DNA of 63,054 bases, filler included. It is 11 parts of 11 records of this genome, joined end to end, with 100 filler letters (N's around TTAATTAATTAA, not from the genome) between each part and the next. Parts side by side here need not be neighbours in the genome. Positions count along the whole stretch, not along the records: positions 52,369 to 57,456 come from SRR31156797_108507; positions 57,557 to 63,054 come from SRR31156797_108616; 9 more parts are not named here. One strand, 5' to 3'. The notes beneath the pieces were generated by a model. It worked only from the letters and a program-made list of their open reading frames with translations. It had not been told where the DNA came from and searched no databases. Within the stretch, counting starts at the first letter, position 1. The number at the start of each line of letters is the position of its first letter. Below are positions 52,369 to 61,507 of the stretch, piece after piece. Both the position numbers and the translations under genes were made by a program.

Positions 52369-52457
52369 ATCGGAACTTAAATATGAGAAACGCTATAGTT
52401 GTCGTCAAGTTGGGTTTTTTATTATCACAGATCAATCAACTTTGAAAAAACAAGTTA

Positions 52458-52481
52458 GCGCCCACAGGGGGGCGCCCCTAC
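52458..52481 (-). repeat. GTAG-type REP-like palindrome
   Basis: Minus strand GTAGGG-GCGCCC-ccctgt-GGGCGC. Confidence 0.5.
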
Positions 52482-53348
52482 AACATATAAGTAGCTTTTT
52501 CCTGGTTTTAAGACCAAAATTGCATAAACCAAAAGTCACGCCAATCAGACCGTACTTTTAGCAAGCACTATATATTTATAAGTGATTTAATGTATGTGAG
52601 ATGGTTCAAGGCCAGGATAGGATAGTGCAGCCGGAAGAGTTAATATTTTTTCGCAAAAAGAGTATTAATTTAATGGGTTATACAGACGGTTGGATTGATA
52701 TGCGTGTACGGGCAATCAATTTTATGGTTCTGAATCAGAGACTGAACTCTACAATTGTAGAAGTGCGGCATGTAATTTAGATAGGATTCACCGGAACGGC
52801 AAGCCGTTCCGGTGAAGGTTGGTAGGTAATATTGCGGGGCGCGAAAAATTTCGCGCTATATGTAGAACACCCTTCATCCAAAAGGGTAGGTGGGGAAACT
52901 ATTCATATGGCAAAGAATTTATTTCTGCAACCCCTTTTTTTATTTTTCTTATTCATTCAATAATTAGAGGTTGTTAAAAGTTGTTTTACTAATGGCGCCG
53001 CCCCTTCGGCCCTTGAATAACGTATATTTGGGGGATTGGCGTCGCAATATTCTTAGACTGCATGCCCCGGGACGGTTCAAGTGTGTAAATATCCCTAAAA
53101 TCCGGGGCGCACAGATGTAATTGCCCTGGTTCGGTTTCATTTGAGTAATTTTCCATATCTGCTTGAGGCTTCCGGTCATTTATCATTGTCGCGCCATTAT
53201 TATCTTCCGATTGTTGCGTCCGGGCGCCTGCGTCGAATGATCTGTAATATTCTAAAATAATCTTCATGTTATCGGACTGTCACTTATCTTAAGCCGGCTT
53301 TGCGGTTGTATAATTCTTATTTGTTACACGGATGCCTGTTGCTTCCTG

Positions 53349-53450
53349 TCAGGATAGAATCGATAATTGTTGAGACAGGAAGAGCAGAAGTATAAGCCCC
53401 GTGATTATCCCCAAAATCGCTATCGCCCAATTCTTGTTAAGCAACTCCAC
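53349..53450 (-). CDS. small single-TM protein (33 aa)
   Basis: GTG start after GAAGG; hydrophobic WAIAILGIITGLILLLFL. Confidence 0.4.
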   Translation of the reverse strand: MELLNKNWAIAILGIITGLILLLFLSQQLSILS

Positions 53451-53511
53451 ACCTTCACCTTCCCTCATTATTATATAATCCAATAAAACCCTATACGCCC
53501 CCTTTCTCCGT

Positions 53512-53898
53512 CTACTTTTGGTTAAATCTCCTTTCCCAGTCATACTCTTTTCCCGTGACCGTATCTTCCATCCGGCGGAGACGGCGTTCGAGGTTGTCAT
53601 ATGTGTTTTTCAACCTGTGAATGGCCATTCTCCGGGATGATGTATAAGAGTTGTAAAATTCCTGGTCCCCCATGGTTCTGAATTCCACAACCGGCTCCGG
53701 TTTCATCAGGAGAGCGGCCAGCAGATAAAGACCTGCTATCGGCCAGATGCCTGTGAAGATCAGAAAACCGACCGCAACAACCCGGCACCAGAAAACTGAA
53801 AGATTGAAATATTCAGCCAGTCCCTTTATGACCCCCAGAATAATTCCCGACCGGGATCGGTAGGGGCGGGAACGATCGTTTCCAAAATCCCTGTTCAT
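53512..53898 (-). CDS. pspC: phage shock protein C
   Basis: YRSRSGIILGVIKGLAEYF, TM segment, LERRLRRMEDTVT. Confidence 0.92.
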   Translation of the reverse strand: MNRDFGNDRSRPYRSRSGIILGVIKGLAEYFNLSVFWCRVVAVGFLIFTGIWPIAGLYLLAALLMKPEPVVEFRTMGDQEFYNSYTSSRRMAIHRLKNTYDNLERRLRRMEDTVTGKEYDWERRFNQK

Positions 53899-53900
53899 GT

Positions 53901-54140
53901 TTATTTTTCCTTTCTCGACCGATCGCGTTCCGGGTCCAGGAGGAGAGTTTCCAGAGTTTCTATCCTTTCTTCCATCCTGGTCAATCCCTGATGGATTTCC
54001 TGAATAATCCTGGTCTCCTCCTCCTGAAGCTCTTCTTTCCCGCCTCTGGCGACTTTAAGCGCCCAGATGACGAAAAAGCCAATAACGACAATTATGGGAA
54101 AGCCGAATATCAGCAGGATGGCCAAAGCGCCTGGATGCAT
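53901..54140 (-). CDS. pspB: phage shock protein B
   Basis: N-terminal TM, RMEERIETLETLL. Lies between pspA and pspC. Confidence 0.85.
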   Translation of the reverse strand: MHPGALAILLIFGFPIIVVIGFFVIWALKVARGGKEELQEEETRIIQEIHQGLTRMEERIETLETLLLDPERDRSRKEK

Positions 54141-54189
54141 AATACCTCCTCCGATACACAAGCAGTTTTAGTTAGATAAATCAGCTTTC

Positions 54190-54867
54190 TCAGCCTTCAT
54201 CGCCTTTCCGGGCCGCCTTGGCCTTAAGTTCGTCCAGTTCCTTTTCTATGTCCTCATCTTCTTCCAACTGCACGAATTCCTCTTCCAGGCTGGGCTTGCG
54301 ACCGTAATTAACCAGGTCGGCTTCGGCTTCCATGCGCTCAATTCTGCTTTCGAACTGTTCAAAACGAACAATAGTGTCTGAAGAATCATAACGCCTGATT
54401 TCAGATTGAGCCTTTTTCTTGTTTTGCGCATGGATGTGGCGCTGAACGAGCATTCTCTGTTTTTCCCGCGCCGAAGCCAGCTTTTCTTCAAGCTGTGAGA
54501 TCTCTTCCTGGTACTGCTCGATAAGCGCCTGGGCTTCCTCGGCTTCACGATCCAGTACTTCGGCCCTTTCATTATAACGCCTTTTTTCAAGCAATGCTTC
54601 CCGGGCCAGGTCTTCCCTTCCCTTGTTGACGGCCAGTTCGGCTTTTACCGCCCAGGCGCCGGATCTTTCGACTACTTCATCATATGCTTTTTGAATGCGC
54701 TTTTTGGTCGCCATGGCGCCGGCGCAAGAAGCCTTGATTTCAACCAGGGTGTCTTCCATTTCCGTGATCATCAACTTGATCATTTTTTCGGGATCTTCGG
54801 CCTTATCAAGCATTGCATTGATATTTGAGCTGATAATATCCCTGAATCTGCTAAATATGTTTGTCAT
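54190..54867 (-). CDS. pspA: phage shock protein A
   Basis: IFSRFRDIISSNINAMLDKAEDPEKM, GREDLAREAL. GGAGG RBS before ATG 54867. Confidence 0.96.
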   Translation of the reverse strand: MTNIFSRFRDIISSNINAMLDKAEDPEKMIKLMITEMEDTLVEIKASCAGAMATKKRIQKAYDEVVERSGAWAVKAELAVNKGREDLAREALLEKRRYNERAEVLDREAEEAQALIEQYQEEISQLEEKLASAREKQRMLVQRHIHAQNKKKAQSEIRRYDSSDTIVRFEQFESRIERMEAEADLVNYGRKPSLEEEFVQLEEDEDIEKELDELKAKAARKGDEG

Positions 54868-54906
54868 GTGACTACCTCCATTAATATGTATGCTGCCACG
54901 AAATAG

Positions 54907-54923
54907 AGCAACTATTGGGCCAA
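54907..54923 (-). promoter_or_regulatory. sigma54 promoter of pspABC
   Basis: Minus strand TTGGCCCAATAGTTGCT = GG-N10-GC, divergent from pspF. Confidence 0.85.
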
Positions 54924-55056
54924 ACAATATTTTTCTGAAATTTACAATACAATTCAGGTAATTAAGGTTTTCGATCATTTTATCGGCAGACATGTTGCGC
55001 TGTATTTTTCGCCGATTATTTGCATTTAAAGCCAAGTTGCGGCATAATTAACAATC

Positions 55057-56100
55057 ATGAAAGACAGATTGATTAATCCAGCCGGACATCAGCAGACCAT
55101 CAGGGAAGCCATTGGAGAATCCGAGGCTTTTCTTGCTTTCCAGGAGCAGCTTTCACGAGCGGCCAAGGTGGACCGGCCCATATTGATAATCGGGGAACGG
55201 GGAACGGGAAAAGAACTGGCCGCCGCGCGCCTTCATTTTCTTTCTCCGCGCTGGGGCGAGCCGTTTATGGCCCTGAATTGCTCCGCTCTTTCACCGGCTC
55301 TAATTGAATCGGAATTGTTCGGTTATGAAGCGGGGGCCTTTACCGGAGCGGTTCGTCAAAGGGCCGGACGTTTTGAAGCCGCAAACGGGGGCGCCATATT
55401 TCTGGATGAAATCGGCAATATTCCGCTTGAGGTTCAGGCCAAGATATTACGGGTGGTCGAGTACCAGACATTCGAAAGGGTCGGCGGCAGCACGCCCACT
55501 CAGGTCGATGTAAGAATTATCGGGGCCACCAATGCAGATTTGCCGGCCATGGCCAGGGAAGGGAAATTCAAAAGCGACCTTCTCGACCGGCTTTCTTTTG
55601 AAGTGTTGCATCTGCCTCCATTGAGAGAACGAAAAGGCGACATAGAGATATTAGCCGGTCATTTTGCCGTTCGTATGGCCCACGAACTCGGCCGTATGGA
55701 AGTGCCTGTTTTCAGCGATCAGGCCATGTCCGCGCTTGAAGCGCACAAATGGCCGGGCAATGTTCGTGAATTAAAAAATGTAGTTGAGCGGGCGGTCTAT
55801 CGAACCGATTCGGATACAATCGACGATATTGTTTTCAATCCCTTTCCAACCCGGGAAGAAATCGAAACCCGGCATGATCCTCGGCCAGAAAGCAGGCCGG
55901 ATGAGCATGAATCGTCGTATGAAGCAACCCTGGACGATTCCCTGCCCGAGCAGGTATCGACCCTTGAAGTCGGCCTGATAAAAAAAGCCCTGCAAGACGC
56001 CAAGTACAACCAGAAAAAAGCGGCCGAATTACTGGGGCTTACTTATCATCAATTCCGGGGGCTATACCGCAAGCACAACGACAAACTCGGAATTCAATAG
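55057..56100 (+). CDS. pspF: psp operon sigma54-dependent activator
   Basis: GERGTGKEL, GAFTGA, FLDEIG, WPGNVRELKN, HTH LLGLTYHQFRG. No N-terminal sensor domain. Confidence 0.95.
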   Translation: MKDRLINPAGHQQTIREAIGESEAFLAFQEQLSRAAKVDRPILIIGERGTGKELAAARLHFLSPRWGEPFMALNCSALSPALIESELFGYEAGAFTGAVRQRAGRFEAANGGAIFLDEIGNIPLEVQAKILRVVEYQTFERVGGSTPTQVDVRIIGATNADLPAMAREGKFKSDLLDRLSFEVLHLPPLRERKGDIEILAGHFAVRMAHELGRMEVPVFSDQAMSALEAHKWPGNVRELKNVVERAVYRTDSDTIDDIVFNPFPTREEIETRHDPRPESRPDEHESSYEATLDDSLPEQVSTLEVGLIKKALQDAKYNQKKAAELLGLTYHQFRGLYRKHNDKLGIQ

Positions 56101-56108
56101 TTGACGTC

Positions 56109-56555
56109 TTAATCCAGATCTACTTCTGTTTTACAGTTGCGGCAGCTCTTGGCGCCGCGAAACAACTCATAACCGCATGACGGGCATAAATAGCGCTTTT
56201 TTTCTTCCTCAACCCATTTTTCCGTCCCCAATTCCCGCCACTGGGGAATAGCCCGCATAATAACCTTTTTTCCAACCGGAACCGGAAATTCATCTATGTA
56301 ATTACAGGGCCATTCATCGCATTGGTAGCAGCCTTCGTATCCTTTTTCCTGGTTGCAGGACCTTATATGGCAGACTTCGCAGAAAACGGCCTTGGTGTCG
56401 GACATGCAGCCCATACAAGTAAGCTCATTCGGGGACACGCCGTAAAAACCGGCCAGTTTTTCCTTGAATTTCTCGTTTCCGTCGCGATTGGCGATCATAA
56501 CTCCGCAAACTCCGCAATAAAGCCCGCACGGGGCGATCATTCCCTGATCCTGCAT
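56109..56555 (-). CDS. Cys-rich DUF3795-like protein
   Basis: APCGLYCGVC, CMGC, CxxCxIRxC, CYQCDEWPC, C-terminal CPSCG...CRNC. Confidence 0.85.
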   Translation of the reverse strand: MQDQGMIAPCGLYCGVCGVMIANRDGNEKFKEKLAGFYGVSPNELTCMGCMSDTKAVFCEVCHIRSCNQEKGYEGCYQCDEWPCNYIDEFPVPVGKKVIMRAIPQWRELGTEKWVEEEKKRYLCPSCGYELFRGAKSCRNCKTEVDLD

Positions 56556-56834
56556 GAACTCCTCCTTTTGAAAGACTCTGGATAAACCTTTTATGCCATA
56601 AAGATCCGCCTTTCATCAACCTCAATTATTAGGAATAATCAGGACGCCCATATTATAATTTCCTTTCTGTTATTATTCTCAACAGTCCTTTCCTCGGTCA
56701 GGGCGGCGCAAAAAGCCTGGCTGTGTCGGTTTTTGCGGAATCAGGAATTGCGTGCAGGATTAAAAGTCTATTCTAATTATCCAATTATTCTTTTGATATG
56801 GACTGGGTGGGATGATCGTGGTAATTTTTATTCG

Positions 56835-57254
56835 ATGACTGACAACCTTACTCCTGAACAACGCAAAAAAACCATGACGAGGGTAAAAAGCCAGGATACT
56901 TCACCGGAGATGAAGGTCAGGCGCCTTGCACATTCGCTTGGCTACAGATTCAGACTTCACAGAAAGGACCTCCCCGGCAAACCTGACCTGGTTTTTCCCA
57001 AGCTTAAAAAGGTAATATTCGTGCATGGTTGTTTTTGGCATGGGCATCCGGGTTGCAAGGCTTCCAAGCGCCCGACAACTAATACCGAATATTGGAACAA
57101 AAAGCTGGACAGGAACATTGCCAGGGATAAATTAAATCAGGAAAAGCTAGTTTCAATGGAGTGGCGTTGTCTGGTAATCTGGGAATGCCAGATCAAGAAA
57201 ACTGAAGATTTAAACAAGATTTTAATTACTTTTTTGAGTGAAGTGAATGAATAG
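56835..57254 (+). CDS. vsr: very short patch repair endonuclease
   Basis: MTDNLTPEQR..TM..VKSQDTSPE, DLPGKPD, FVHGCFWHGH, WEC. Confidence 0.95.
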   Translation: MTDNLTPEQRKKTMTRVKSQDTSPEMKVRRLAHSLGYRFRLHRKDLPGKPDLVFPKLKKVIFVHGCFWHGHPGCKASKRPTTNTEYWNKKLDRNIARDKLNQEKLVSMEWRCLVIWECQIKKTEDLNKILITFLSEVNE

Positions 57255-57456
57255 CAACCCATTCGGCTTTTATGAATTTTTCGCTGGCGGCGGCATGGCC
57301 AGGATAGGCCTTGGCGACAGGTGGTGCTGCCTTTTTGCCAATGAATGGTGCGATAAAAAGGCGGAATCCTACAGGCGAAACCACAATGCAGACAGGGAAT
57401 TGGCGGTTCGAGATGTCACTGAAATTACTCCGGATGATTTGAAAGGCCGCCCCCTG
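57247..57456 (+). CDS. DNA (cytosine-5) methyltransferase, N-terminal fragment
   Basis: Motif I EFFAGGG, FANE; overlaps the vsr stop. Confidence 0.88.
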
Positions 57457-57556
57457 NNNNNNNNNNNNNNNNNNNNNNNNNNNNNNNNNNNNNNNNNNNN
57501 TTAATTAATTAANNNNNNNNNNNNNNNNNNNNNNNNNNNNNNNNNNNNNNNNNNNN
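57457..57556. other. artificial contig spacer
   Basis: N44-TTAATTAATTAA-N44. Confidence 0.99.
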
Positions 57557-58083
57557 AAACTTGATGGACGTCTCAACATATAAACGGTCGGCTTCCTCGT
57601 CCGTCTGATCCTGCAGGTCGTCCAACACCTTGGTGTAACATTGAAAAGCCTGCTCGGCGTCAAACGACTGCCGGTGGACGTCCCCGGCCCGGCTTAACAA
57701 CAGGCAATGTTCATAACTGTTCTTGACCTTCAATAAGTGTCGGCCGAGCCGCAGCCATTTGTAATCCTCTTCAGGCAGGTCCCGGACAAGCAGGTGTATA
57801 ATGCGGCGGCGTAATTCATCTTCTTCGACCATGGATAGCTGGTCGCGCCATTTGCTTCTTTTTTTATTGGAACGGAATGAATAGATGCCCAGTCGGGGGG
57901 ATGTCAGGTTTTTTTTTTCACCTCATCCTGAAGTTCATCAAGAATCTGATGGGCTTTGAAACCGGTCAACTCCACCAGCCAGTCCACGGTAAAATCGCCT
58001 TCGAAAAGCGAAGCCGCACAGTGGAGTTTTTGCCGGGTATCTGGTGAAATAACCGGATCGAGCGGAGAATTAAAGCCGTCCAT
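57557..58083 (-). pseudogene. N-terminal part of a probable large transcriptional regulator, frameshifted in an A10 run
   Basis: AGGAG RBS + ATG 58083: MDGF...ASLFEGDFTVDWLVELTGFKAHQILDELQDEVKKKT*. The protein-like frame resumes NLTSPRLGIYSF... after the run. Divergent from a sigma54 promoter. Confidence 0.6.
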
Positions 58084-58268
58084 GCCTATCTCCTGTGTTG
58101 TTCATCTTCGATTCGGATTCTCAATTATTAACAATTCCACAAGTACACTGTCAATACAATTCGTAAAATATTGCGAATCCCGCCCAATATATTGAAAACA
58201 TATTGAGAGGCATATTATAATTAAAGCAAAAACATGCCGATAATACTGATTTTATCCTCACCATGCCT

Positions 58269-58284
58269 TTGGCATTAATATTGC
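58269..58284 (+). promoter_or_regulatory. sigma54 promoter of the bzdN/bzdO-like operon
   Basis: TTGGCATTAATATTGC = GG-N10-GC. Imperfect palindrome ATTCGTAAAATATTGCGAAT (58159-58178) upstream as a candidate activator site. Confidence 0.8.
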
Positions 58285-58492
58285 CTTTCATAATTGCGAT
58301 CCGGATATTTAAAAAGCTATGGGGAATAAAACCCCTTTTACTGTAAAGTTGAATCGATATTGCCTAACCGTTTTTTTGAATGCTTGAACCAGGAGCCGGC
58401 AAATATCGTTTTGCTCAGCCCTGTGAACAAAAATACGTCCCGGTGGGCCGCGTTTCACCCATGGCCGCTGGAAGAAAGGAAGTGTCAACCCA

Positions 58493-59638
58493 ATGAATAC
58501 GCATCCTGGGGACCAGTTAAAGATTTTTGAAGATTGGCACGAAAATCGGCACGATTACGCCATGCGCTGGAAAGAGAGAACAGGGGGAAAAGTCGTTGGT
58601 ACATTCTGCACTTACGTTCCCGAAGAATTGATCTATGCCGCCGGAATGCTCCCGGTCAGAATTCTGGGCAGCCACGAACCGGAAAAGGAAACCGCGCAGC
58701 ACATTTTGAGTATGTACTGCTTTTTTTGCCGCGACATCCTGGCCCAAGGCCTTAAAGGCCGATATGATTACCTGGACGGCATTGTTATTTCGCAATCCTG
58801 CATGCACATGCGGCAGGCTTTCCACAGTTGGCAAATGCACCTGCCCATTGAATTCAGTTATTACATCAATATGCCTCACCACGTGCAAAGCCCGAGGGCG
58901 ACTCCGTTTTTGGCCGGCGAACTGGCCGAATTCAAAAAGGCCGTGGAAGAGTGGATCGGCAAGCCCATAAACGACGAAGATATTGACCGGGCTATTGAGG
59001 TGTACAACGAACACCGGCGCCTGATGAAACAGATATATGAATTGAGAAAAGCGGAAGATCCGCCCCTGACCGGCCTGGACGCCCAGCGGATGGTCGTGTC
59101 CAGCCAGACCATGGACAAGGCCGAACATAACCAGGCCCTGAAAGCGGCTCTGGAGGCCCTGCCCAACAGGGAAATCAGTCGAGAGACCGGCGTACGCCTG
59201 ATGATAGTCGGCAGTGAAAGCGACGACCTTGAATTTATCGACATGATAGAACAATCCGGGGCCACAATAGTCACGGACGATCACTGCACGGGCTCCCGAT
59301 ACTTTTGGGGCGAGGTCGAGCCCAACGGCGACAGGCTGACTTCAGTGGCCGCCCGTTATGTGAACCGCGTCCCCTGCCCCAGCAAAGACTTCCCGCAATC
59401 GACCCGTTTCGATCACATCCTCGAAATGGCCAGGGAATACGATGTGCAGGGCGTGCTGTTGCTGCAGCAGAAATTCTGCGACCCCCATGAAACAGATAAT
59501 CCCCTTTTACTGCGTTTCCTGAAGAAACACGATTATCCGACCCTGTTCCTGGAATTGGCCGGGACCATGCCCGTGGGCCAGTTCAAGCTCAGGGTAGAGG
59601 CTTTCCTGGAAATGTTGGGCGAAGACAGCTTGTTCTAA
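58493..59638 (+). CDS. bzdN: benzoyl-CoA reductase subunit N-like (BcrC/BadD/HgdB family)
   Basis: RHDYAMRWKERTGGKVVGTFCTYVPEE, CFFCRDILAQGLKGRYDY, DDHCTGSRYFW, QKFCDPH. Confidence 0.8.
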   Translation: MNTHPGDQLKIFEDWHENRHDYAMRWKERTGGKVVGTFCTYVPEELIYAAGMLPVRILGSHEPEKETAQHILSMYCFFCRDILAQGLKGRYDYLDGIVISQSCMHMRQAFHSWQMHLPIEFSYYINMPHHVQSPRATPFLAGELAEFKKAVEEWIGKPINDEDIDRAIEVYNEHRRLMKQIYELRKAEDPPLTGLDAQRMVVSSQTMDKAEHNQALKAALEALPNREISRETGVRLMIVGSESDDLEFIDMIEQSGATIVTDDHCTGSRYFWGEVEPNGDRLTSVAARYVNRVPCPSKDFPQSTRFDHILEMAREYDVQGVLLLQQKFCDPHETDNPLLLRFLKKHDYPTLFLELAGTMPVGQFKLRVEAFLEMLGEDSLF

Positions 59639-59659
59639 ACGAAATGCAGGTTCGGAAAG

Positions 59660-60982
59660 GTGAAAGATATGCCTGAAAAAAAAGTATATGAAACCAGGCC
59701 CCTGGCCTGCTGGTCAAAGGTCAAGGAGTTACAGGAGAAATATTACATCGATTACATGCAGGCCGACGACAATCGCGGCCTCAGGGTTTCGGGCGGCACA
59801 CTGGCCATGGGCGCCATTACCGCCGGTTTGGGCGACGACGTGTATCCCCTGGCCATGGAACCCTATGCGGCCATGGTCGGGGCCAGCGGAAAATTCAATG
59901 TCGCCTGCCTGGAAGCAGCTGAAAAATATGGATTCGCGGCAGACATGTGCGCTTACACCAAAAATTACTGGGGATCGATCCTTTTGGATCAATACCTTTT
60001 CGGAGGGGCCTTCCCCAAGCCGGACCTCCGCTGGCAGACGCACATCTGCTGCACTCACGCCAAAAGCGACACCGTGGCTTCTACATTGGAAGGGGACGTC
60101 CCGACATACATAGTCGATGTCGCGGTCGGTTATTACAGCCCGAAAAAGGAGCATAAGGTCAACTACCTGGTCGGCCAGATGCTCGACGGCATAGAATGGC
60201 TTCAAAAGGTTACCGGCCGTGAGTACGACGATGAAAAGCTGATCAAAGGGACTCTCAACGAAATCCGCTCGGCGGCCCTGTGGGGAAAGATTTGTTCCTA
60301 TAACAAAAACCAGCCCGCGATTCTGGAAGAAAAGACCATGTATCCCCTGCAGGCCATTCATACCCTGATTCGTCAAAAGGATGAAGGCGTGTCTTTTTAC
60401 CGCGAGCTTTTGGATGAAATGGAAGATCGCAAGGCAAGCGGCATAGCCGCCATCCCCGTGGAAAAATGCCGGCTGGTCACCACCAATCAGCCTCCCTGGC
60501 CCATGCTCAAGCTTTTCCGCTACTTCGAACTTTACGGCGCAGTGTCAATCGGCTCCCTTTATTCATACGCCCTGACCACGCCCTGGGAAGTCGACGAGCA
60601 CGGTTCCATGACCCCGGTCCTGCTGCCGGAAGAATCCGGAGTGCAGCTCAACACCCGGGAAGAAGCTCTTGAAGCGTTGGCCGAACTGTACATGAAAGTG
60701 CCCACCTTCTACCTGTTCCACGACATTGAATTCCGCAGCATCATGGAATGCAAGCTGGTGGAAGACTGGAACGTCGACGGCGTGGTCATGCACCTTAACC
60801 GGGGTTGTGAAGCCGGTTGCATGGGCATATTGGAAACCCGCAAAATGTTGATCGACAGGGGCGTTCCGGTGATGCTTTTTGAAGGTAGCGTGGCGGATGA
60901 AAGAGAACTGGACGAAGGCCGCATCATTAACAGGATAGACAATTTCATGGAGACTTTGGGGCTCAATAAATTAAATCTGTAA
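59660..60982 (+). CDS. bzdO: benzoyl-CoA reductase subunit O-like (BcrB/BadE/HgdA family)
   Basis: AGLGDDVY...EPYAA, DMCAYTKNYWG, FGGAFPKPD, HICCTHAK, HLNRGCE. Confidence 0.75.
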   Translation: MKDMPEKKVYETRPLACWSKVKELQEKYYIDYMQADDNRGLRVSGGTLAMGAITAGLGDDVYPLAMEPYAAMVGASGKFNVACLEAAEKYGFAADMCAYTKNYWGSILLDQYLFGGAFPKPDLRWQTHICCTHAKSDTVASTLEGDVPTYIVDVAVGYYSPKKEHKVNYLVGQMLDGIEWLQKVTGREYDDEKLIKGTLNEIRSAALWGKICSYNKNQPAILEEKTMYPLQAIHTLIRQKDEGVSFYRELLDEMEDRKASGIAAIPVEKCRLVTTNQPPWPMLKLFRYFELYGAVSIGSLYSYALTTPWEVDEHGSMTPVLLPEESGVQLNTREEALEALAELYMKVPTFYLFHDIEFRSIMECKLVEDWNVDGVVMHLNRGCEAGCMGILETRKMLIDRGVPVMLFEGSVADERELDEGRIINRIDNFMETLGLNKLNL

Positions 60983-61012
60983 ATTAAAATTCCGGGAGCA
61001 GGGAGGTTTGAT

Positions 61013-61441
61013 ATGACCAAAGGCAAACTGGATGAAAACCTGAAAAAGGTCTTGAAGCGAGACGCAGGGTATAATGACGAGGAACTCGAGCTTATTGAAA
61101 ACAATGACAAGCTCAGGGAAATCTGCGAAGCCATACCTTCACTGTTCGGAAAAAAAATAGTGGCCGAATGCGTGCAGGCCGAACACTGCACTTACAACAA
61201 AATCGGCGACAGGTATGTATTCAATGCCTTTGGCGGCATGATCAAGGACGAAACCTGCAAGTCGCCGTGCCTGTGGGCCCTGGGGGCCATGTTCCCGGTT
61301 TGCTACATGGTTTATGACCGGGCCGCATCCGGCCTGGATCCCAATGGAATGCACCTGGACCACGTCCGCTGCCCGGACACCGGATGCAAATTCGGAGGAT
61401 TCGGGACGGCCACGTTCAAAATCACGGTCCAGGACGCTTAG
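61013..61441 (+). CDS. small Cys-rich protein (TIGR04076-like)
   Basis: C...HC..KIGDRY, CLWAL, VRCPD...FKI; GGAGG RBS. Confidence 0.7.
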   Translation: MTKGKLDENLKKVLKRDAGYNDEELELIENNDKLREICEAIPSLFGKKIVAECVQAEHCTYNKIGDRYVFNAFGGMIKDETCKSPCLWALGAMFPVCYMVYDRAASGLDPNGMHLDHVRCPDTGCKFGGFGTATFKITVQDA

Positions 61442-61507
61442 GTTCTATTCAATAATTTTTCATAATGGGGGAAATGGGTTTTAACCAGGTAATAAGGAGG
61501 TTGTCCG

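Noticed and set aside
5710-57556. Ten identical TTAATTAATTAA motifs within N runs
   Set aside because: Artificial joins. Adjacency across them has no biological meaning, and ORFs containing X runs are truncated by them.
58226-58239. Minus-strand sigma54-like CGGCATGTTTTTGC
   Set aside because: GG to GC spacing is 9 nt, not the required 10.
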